Source: Sphingobium sp. (GTDB lineage Bacteria > Pseudomonadota > Alphaproteobacteria > Sphingomonadales > Sphingomonadaceae). Taken from it: a stretch of DNA of 64,000 nt. Shown in pieces: positions 58,792-64,000 of the stretch (the stretch's first letter is position 1; each line of letters opens with the position of its first letter). The position numbers and the translations under genes are program-made. Under the pieces are notes generated by a model. The model saw only the letters and a program-made list of their open reading frames with translations. It was not told the origin of the DNA and did no database searches. The stretch lies in contig JAGIAZ010000002.1 in assembly GCA_017744605.1 (NCBI GenBank), forward strand, positions 95,373 through 159,372, written 5' to 3'.

Positions 58792-59868
58792 TCAGGCCGC
58801 GACCCCGCCTCGCACGAACTCGCGCCAGAGCATGAACAGCACCGCCATGGTCGCCGGACCGACGAACAGCCCGAGCAGGCCGAAGGTCTCGACGCCGCCG
58901 AGAATGCCGATCAGCACCCAGAGGAAAGGCAGCTTGGTCGCGTTGCCGATGAGCAGCGGACGGACGAAATGATCGGCGATGGCGAGCACGATGAGCCCGG
59001 CAACGATGACCGCGATCGCGCCGAACACCGATCCCTGCACGAGCAGCGCGCCGGCGGCGATGGCGAACATGACCGCCGCGCCGAAGGGGATGATCGCCGC
59101 CACGGCGGTCAGCGCGCCCATCAGCAGCGGATGCGGCACGCCGAGCGCGACGTAGACGATCGCCATCACCGCGCCTTCGCCGAAGCCGACCAGCACCAGA
59201 CCGTCGATCGTGCCGCGCACCGAGCGAACGGTCTGTTGCAGGATCCGCTCGCTGGTCGCGCCGAGCAGCCGTTCGCCCGCCGTGCTGAATTGCTCCACGA
59301 CGGAATCGCGGTCGCGCAGCAGGAAGAAGAGCGCGATCAGCGTGAAGGCGAAGATGATGGCGCGATTGAGCACGCCGGTGCCGATGACCTTGGTGTGTTC
59401 GAGCCAATAGGCCGCGTCGAACTGATGCAGCCGGAATTGCGCGCCCTCCGCCGTGGCGAGGTTGGCTCGCCACCAGTCGGCGAGCGCGGGCCCCGCAACC
59501 GGAATCTGGCTCGCCCAGGCGGGTACGGGAATGCCGTTATGTTCAGCATGGTTGAGCCAGCTCATGACGGCCGAGGCGTCGACGGCGGCCTCGGAAATGC
59601 CGATGACGATCGGCACCAGCAGGACGAGCGCGATGGCGATCGTGACCAGTGCCGCCAGGATCGAGAGGTGCTTGCCGCCCGCCTTGCGCTCCAGCCTTGC
59701 GTAGAGCGGGTCGATCGCGATGGCGATGATCCCCGCCCAGATGAGCGCGCGCAGGAAACCCGAGATGATCCAGAGCCCCGCCAGCGCGAGAACGAGCGCC
59801 ACCACGATCTTGATGGCATTGTCGCGCCGGATCGCCGTGTGTGCGGGTTCCTTCGGTTGCCGGGCCAT
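58792..59868 (-). CDS. AI-2E family transporter
   Basis: Multi-TM; LFFLLRD, DHFVRPLLIG, GGVETFGLLGLFVGP. Confidence 0.9.
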   Translation of the reverse strand: MARQPKEPAHTAIRRDNAIKIVVALVLALAGLWIISGFLRALIWAGIIAIAIDPLYARLERKAGGKHLSILAALVTIAIALVLLVPIVIGISEAAVDASAVMSWLNHAEHNGIPVPAWASQIPVAGPALADWWRANLATAEGAQFRLHQFDAAYWLEHTKVIGTGVLNRAIIFAFTLIALFFLLRDRDSVVEQFSTAGERLLGATSERILQQTVRSVRGTIDGLVLVGFGEGAVMAIVYVALGVPHPLLMGALTAVAAIIPFGAAVMFAIAAGALLVQGSVFGAIAVIVAGLIVLAIADHFVRPLLIGNATKLPFLWVLIGILGGVETFGLLGLFVGPATMAVLFMLWREFVRGGVAA

Positions 59869-59869
59869 A

Positions 59870-60553
59870 TCAGTCGTCTCCACGGGGGCGCGGCAGGAGC
59901 AGTGCCAGCAAGATCGCCCGGCATTCGCCATCGATGATGCCGTCGATGAGTTCCGGGCGGAAACGGCGCTGAAACGCGACCACGGCGGCCTGCGGCTCGG
60001 CAATGTCATAGCCGAAGCGCTCCAGCGCCAGCATGAAGGCGCCGTCCGACCAATGCGGATCCATGAGGTTGCGCGTGGGCCGCGGCAAAGCGAGACGCAA
60101 GCGCGCGAGGCGGCCCCAGGGGAAGAGTTCGCCCGGATCGAGCTTGCGCGCGGGTGCGACGTCGCTGTGGCCGACGACGTTGCCGCGCGTGATGCCATGG
60201 CGGCTCATAATATCGTGGATCAGGGGAATGAGCGCCGCCACCTGCGGCTCGGGAAAGTCGCGATAGCCCCACTCATGGCCGGGATTGACGATCTCGATGC
60301 CGACGCTCGCGCTGTTGACGTCGCTGATTCCCCGCCACCACGCGCGGCCCGCATGCCAGGCGCGCTTGCTCTCCTCGACCATGCGGACGATCTGGCCGTC
60401 CTCCGTCACCACATAATGCGCGGACACCTTGCTTTCGGGATTGGCGAGCCAGCGGATCGCACTCTCGGCGTCGGGCATGCCGGTATAATGCAGGACGAGC
60501 ATCGAAACCGGCTGCGTGCGCTCGTCGAAATTGGGCGACGGCGCTTCGATCAT
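59870..60553 (-). CDS. N-acetylmuramoyl-L-alanine amidase (Amidase_2, AmiD/AmpD-like); start approximate
   Basis: PSPNFDER, VLHYT, VSAHY, AWHAG, GIEIVN, GHSDVAPARKLDPG, AFQRRFRP. Confidence 0.92.
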   Translation of the reverse strand: MIEAPSPNFDERTQPVSMLVLHYTGMPDAESAIRWLANPESKVSAHYVVTEDGQIVRMVEESKRAWHAGRAWWRGISDVNSASVGIEIVNPGHEWGYRDFPEPQVAALIPLIHDIMSRHGITRGNVVGHSDVAPARKLDPGELFPWGRLARLRLALPRPTRNLMDPHWSDGAFMLALERFGYDIAEPQAAVVAFQRRFRPELIDGIIDGECRAILLALLLPRPRGDD

Positions 60554-60786
60554 CGACGCATCAAAAGCCAAGTTTCTGCACCCTCCCGCTCCTCGAGCGG
60601 ACATTGCCCCAGGATCGATCGACATTCAGCTCCGGCGGCCTGCAAATGGCAGCCTTTCGCGCTTCCGGCGCTCACGTGCCATGAACACGCTGCGCTCCGG
60701 GTCGCGAAAAACCAACATTTTCGGCTCGCCATCTTCTGAATGTCGATCGATCCTAGCTCATGACGCGCGTCGGCGGAAGCGCTCGT

Positions 60787-61674
60787 TCAGCTTCGTGTCG
60801 CATGGCCGCAACCTGCCGAACCGTCGCTTGTCGGCGAGCCCCGCCTGGGTTCGTTGCATCGGTAGATGCAGCCATGCTTTGGGCATGGCGTGTAGCAGGT
60901 ATCCTGGCCGACCAGGGTTTCGCCCGCGCCGAGCACCAGATAGGTGCCGTCATGGCTGTGATGCATGAGCCGTGACGACGCGATCTGGCGCTTCTCGTCC
61001 TGAAAATAGAAGAGCACGTTGCGGCACAGGATCAGATCGAAGTCGCCCGAGACGGCACGGGGCTCCAGCAGATTGTCGGTCTGAAAATTGACCGCTTCGC
61101 GGAGCTCGTCCTTGATCTGCCAATATTCGCCGATGGGCGTGAACCAGCGCAGCAGATCGCTGATGGCGAGGCCGCGCTGTATCTCCATCTGGGTGTAGCG
61201 TCCGCGCTTGGCCTCATCGATGGCGAGCGGAGATACGTCCGTGCCCAGGATCATGATGCGCCAGCCGTCCCAGACATCGCCCATATGCTTCAGCGCCATG
61301 GCGATCGAATAGGCTTCCTTGCCGGTCGAGCAGCCGGCGCACCAGATGCGCAGACGCCTTTCACTGGCGTTGCGTTCGTGAAGCTCCGGCAGGATCGCGG
61401 TTTTCAGCGACTGGAAGACCGCAAGATCGCGGAAGAAGCTGCTTTCATGGTTGAGCATGAGATCGATGGTCTGGTCGAACAGCGGGCCGGCCGGAGCATG
61501 GCCCAAAACGCCGACGAGATCGTCGAGTGAGCGCAGGCCATGATTGCGCAGCAGCGGTCGCAGCGAGGTCTCGACCCGCCAGCGGCGCGCCTCGGAGAGC
61601 TGCTGGCCGGTATGCGTTTCGAGCAGGCGCGCCAGCGTATCGACCGAACGGTTATGCGGGGTCTGGATCGTCAT
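60787..61674 (-). CDS. cheR: Chemotaxis methyltransferase
   Basis: NHESSFFRD, RIWCAGCSTG.EAYS, DLILCRNVL.YF. Confidence 0.93.
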   Translation of the reverse strand: MTIQTPHNRSVDTLARLLETHTGQQLSEARRWRVETSLRPLLRNHGLRSLDDLVGVLGHAPAGPLFDQTIDLMLNHESSFFRDLAVFQSLKTAILPELHERNASERRLRIWCAGCSTGKEAYSIAMALKHMGDVWDGWRIMILGTDVSPLAIDEAKRGRYTQMEIQRGLAISDLLRWFTPIGEYWQIKDELREAVNFQTDNLLEPRAVSGDFDLILCRNVLFYFQDEKRQIASSRLMHHSHDGTYLVLGAGETLVGQDTCYTPCPKHGCIYRCNEPRRGSPTSDGSAGCGHATRS

Positions 61675-62762
61675 GCCGCTGTCTGCCGCTGCCGCAGGAT
61701 GGTCTGGGCGATGGCATTGGGCGGCAGGATGGCGCTGGCCAGCCCCGCTTTCGCCACCGAACCGGGCATGCCCCAGACGGCGCTGGTCGCGTGATCCTGG
61801 GCGATCAGCCAACCGCCGGCCGCTGCGATCGCCTGTGCTCCGGCGAGACCGTCGCGGCCCATGCCGGACAGGATGACGCCGCACGCGCCCGTGCCGTAGA
61901 CATTGCCGATCGCGCGGAACATCGGGTCCACGGCCGGATAGCCGCCATGCAGGCAGGCCTCCTTGCTGTGCTTGATGGCGATGAGTCCCGTGGCGCTGCG
62001 ATAGAGCGAGAGATGTGCGGTGCCTGGCGCGATATAGACCGTGCCCGCCTTCACTTCGATACCGTCGTCGGCGATGACCACCGGCAGATGTGTCGTGCGA
62101 CGAAGCTGCTCGGCGAAGAGTGGCTGGAAGTTGGCGGGCAAATGCTGGGTGATGAAGATGGGCACAGGCACGTGGCCCTTGAAGCCGGCCATCACCGCCG
62201 TCAACGAACTGATCCCGCCGGTCGATCCGCCGATCGCGACGGCGCGCACGACCGTGCCGAGCGGACGAAGCCGCGCGGCGGCCTGATCGTCCAGTTCGGG
62301 CGTCCGCGCGCGCTCGGCTGCGGGCGTCAGATGATGCAGGCGGTCGCGCAGATGCGCGATGAAGGACGGGCTGAAATGACCGGCAGCCGGCTTGGCGATG
62401 ACGTCGCTTGCGCCCATGGCGAGGGCCTTGAGCGCCATGTCGCTGCCCTCTCGCAGGGCGGCCGAAAGCAGCACGACCAGGGTTTCGCGGTCGTGGCTCA
62501 GGATCTTGCCGAGGACCGAGAGGCCATCCTCGCCCGGCAGGTTCATGTCGAGCAGCACGAGGTCGACATGGCGGGCATGCGCGAATTCGACGGCCTGCTC
62601 ACCGCTGGCGACGGCGCCCGCGATCGTGAAGCGGGAGTCTTCCGCAAGCACTTTCGCCATGATGCGCCGAACGACGACGCTGTCGTCGACGATCAGGACC
62701 TGGAGCGTCCCGCTGCCGGGCCGGGTTTCATTTGCAAACCCCGTCTTGTTTCGCCCAGCCAT
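61671..62762 (-). CDS. cheB: Chemotaxis methylesterase
   Basis: REC domain (IVDDS, LLD, KP) plus GGSTGG, QHLP, PAVD, LSGMGRDG. Confidence 0.93.
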   Translation of the reverse strand: MAGRNKTGFANETRPGSGTLQVLIVDDSVVVRRIMAKVLAEDSRFTIAGAVASGEQAVEFAHARHVDLVLLDMNLPGEDGLSVLGKILSHDRETLVVLLSAALREGSDMALKALAMGASDVIAKPAAGHFSPSFIAHLRDRLHHLTPAAERARTPELDDQAAARLRPLGTVVRAVAIGGSTGGISSLTAVMAGFKGHVPVPIFITQHLPANFQPLFAEQLRRTTHLPVVIADDGIEVKAGTVYIAPGTAHLSLYRSATGLIAIKHSKEACLHGGYPAVDPMFRAIGNVYGTGACGVILSGMGRDGLAGAQAIAAAGGWLIAQDHATSAVWGMPGSVAKAGLASAILPPNAIAQTILRQRQTAA

Positions 62763-62788
62763 CGTCGCGGCCCCATGCCTTGCGCCGT

Positions 62789-63154
62789 TCAGAGGACGCC
62801 GACGATCTGGAGTTTGCTTTCGAGCGTGTCGCGGTCGAAGGGTTTCATCACATATTCGTCGGCACCCGCATCGACGGCGGCGCGGATATGATCGACGCCG
62901 TTTTCGGTGGTGCAGAAAATGACCTTGGGCGGCTGATTCAAATTGCGGCGCGAGAGTTCCTTGAGGAAGTCGAGGCCGTTCATGATCGGCATGTTCCAGT
63001 CGAGCAGCACCACGTCGGGTAGCGCGCTATCGCACATTTCCAGCGCTTCGCGCCCGTCACCGGCCTCGCTCACGCTCAGATTGAGCGATTCGAGAATGTG
63101 ACGGGCAACCTTGCGGATGACCTTGCTATCATCGACGACGAGGCAGTTAGGCAT
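62789..63154 (-). CDS. cheY: Chemotaxis response regulator
   Basis: VVDDS, LLDWNMP, CTTE, KPFD. Confidence 0.9.
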   Translation of the reverse strand: MPNCLVVDDSKVIRKVARHILESLNLSVSEAGDGREALEMCDSALPDVVLLDWNMPIMNGLDFLKELSRRNLNQPPKVIFCTTENGVDHIRAAVDAGADEYVMKPFDRDTLESKLQIVGVL

Positions 63155-63237
63155 GAGTAGCAACTCTCTGATATGTTCTTTTACTTGGCCCTTGGTGCCC
63201 CGGTCTTATCAGCAGGATATAAGTGATCGGTAAATGA

Positions 63238-63681
63238 TCAGGCCGCCTTTTGGGCAGCGCTCGGGGTGTTGACGAAGTCGGCGATGCTGAGGAGCAGATG
63301 GCTGCGGCCCTCGCGTTCGACGAGGCCCGTCGCAAAGGGCGCCCAATGTCGGTCGATCCGGCCCTGGATCGGCTGCACGCCGCCCGATGCCTCGCAAATG
63401 TCGCTGACGGTCTCGATGAGTAATCCGTAAGTGTGTGCGGCCACGTCCGACACCACGGCCAGCGGTCGGCTGTCGATCGACATGGCGCGGCCGAAGATGC
63501 GCGATTCGATGTCGATCACGGTCAAGACGCGGCTGCGCAGGGCGGCGAGGCCGCGCACATGGGCAGGAACCCGCTGAATCGGCACGATATCGCCCAGCCG
63601 CACCACAGCCTCGATTTCGCTCGCGCGCACGGCCACGGGCGTGTCGGCGATGGTCGCGAAGAGGAAGAGATTGTCGGTCAT
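63238..63681 (-). CDS. cheW: Chemotaxis coupling protein
   Basis: VPAHVRGLAALRSRVLTVID, YGLLIE.V. Confidence 0.88.
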   Translation of the reverse strand: MTDNLFLFATIADTPVAVRASEIEAVVRLGDIVPIQRVPAHVRGLAALRSRVLTVIDIESRIFGRAMSIDSRPLAVVSDVAAHTYGLLIETVSDICEASGGVQPIQGRIDRHWAPFATGLVEREGRSHLLLSIADFVNTPSAAQKAA

Positions 63682-64000
63682 GCGGCCCTCCGTGCGGCCA
63701 GTTCGGCGATCCGTGCCATGATGCGGTCACGGTCGTAGCGATAGACCGCGCCGGCCCCGGCAGCCTCGGCATCATCGCTGAGAGTGAGGATCGGTACGTC
63801 CTTGTCCGTGGCGATTTCGCGCGCGCCGGAGCACAGGATGATGTCCGGCGTGGCTTCGCCGGCGGCGCCGATGGTCACTTCATGGCCGGCCTGGCGCAGG
63901 AGCGGCGCGAGGATGCCGCTCAGCCAGGCGTCGTCCGAATCGGCGATCAGGCAATGGACAGGACGCGCCACACCGGCCTCGGCGGCCCCGCGAGCGGCCT
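63678..64000 (-). CDS. cheA: C-terminus of a probable CheA (5' part outside window)
   Basis: Frame open to the window edge; degenerate REC-like tail; ATGA overlap with cheW. Identity inferred from operon position. Confidence 0.6.
   Translation of the reverse strand, partial: AARGAAEAGVARPVHCLIADSDDAWLSGILAPLLRQAGHEVTIGAAGEATPDIILCSGAREIATDKDVPILTLSDDAEAAGAGAVYRYDRDRIMARIAELAARRAA

Noticed and set aside
57832-59473. ORFs overlapping 58329-58749
   Set aside because: The region is occupied by RNase P RNA and the flanking real genes
1-64000. Many long antisense or alternative-frame ORFs (e.g. 17414-19330, 20723-22705, 32766-34202, 52084-53922)
   Set aside because: Shadow ORFs caused by high GC3 bias opposite well-supported genes; no recognisable motifs

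Overview
A GC-rich alphaproteobacterial chromosomal window; gene content and order point to Sphingomonadaceae. It is mostly housekeeping: hisC/tyrC, rnr, dapD, glcB, prfB, PBP1A, amiC, rne, pyrC, mtgA, lpdA/pdhC, sodB, an RND efflux operon, tRNA-Gln(CTG), ppx, rlmE, rnpB and the distal part of a cheA-W-Y-B-R operon. No integrase, transposase, phage structural gene or CRISPR array was seen. Four things stand out. (1) A sigma54/PspF phage-shock operon that opens with a 47-aa peptide and, after pspABC, continues with seven tandem single-TM paralogues; six carry ERxxxLERI(V/I)TD and the last a degenerate copy. (2) An orphan lambda-like cI/cro switch with three TAGGA-N4-TCCTA boxes, whose repressor has Ala in place of the catalytic Ser. 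(3) An FNR/FixK box between convergent genes that may drive an unannotated ~150-nt hairpin RNA. (4) Palindromic repeat elements, one inserted in frame in RNase R and two flanking sufE. All calls rest on manual motif recognition; no database searches were run.
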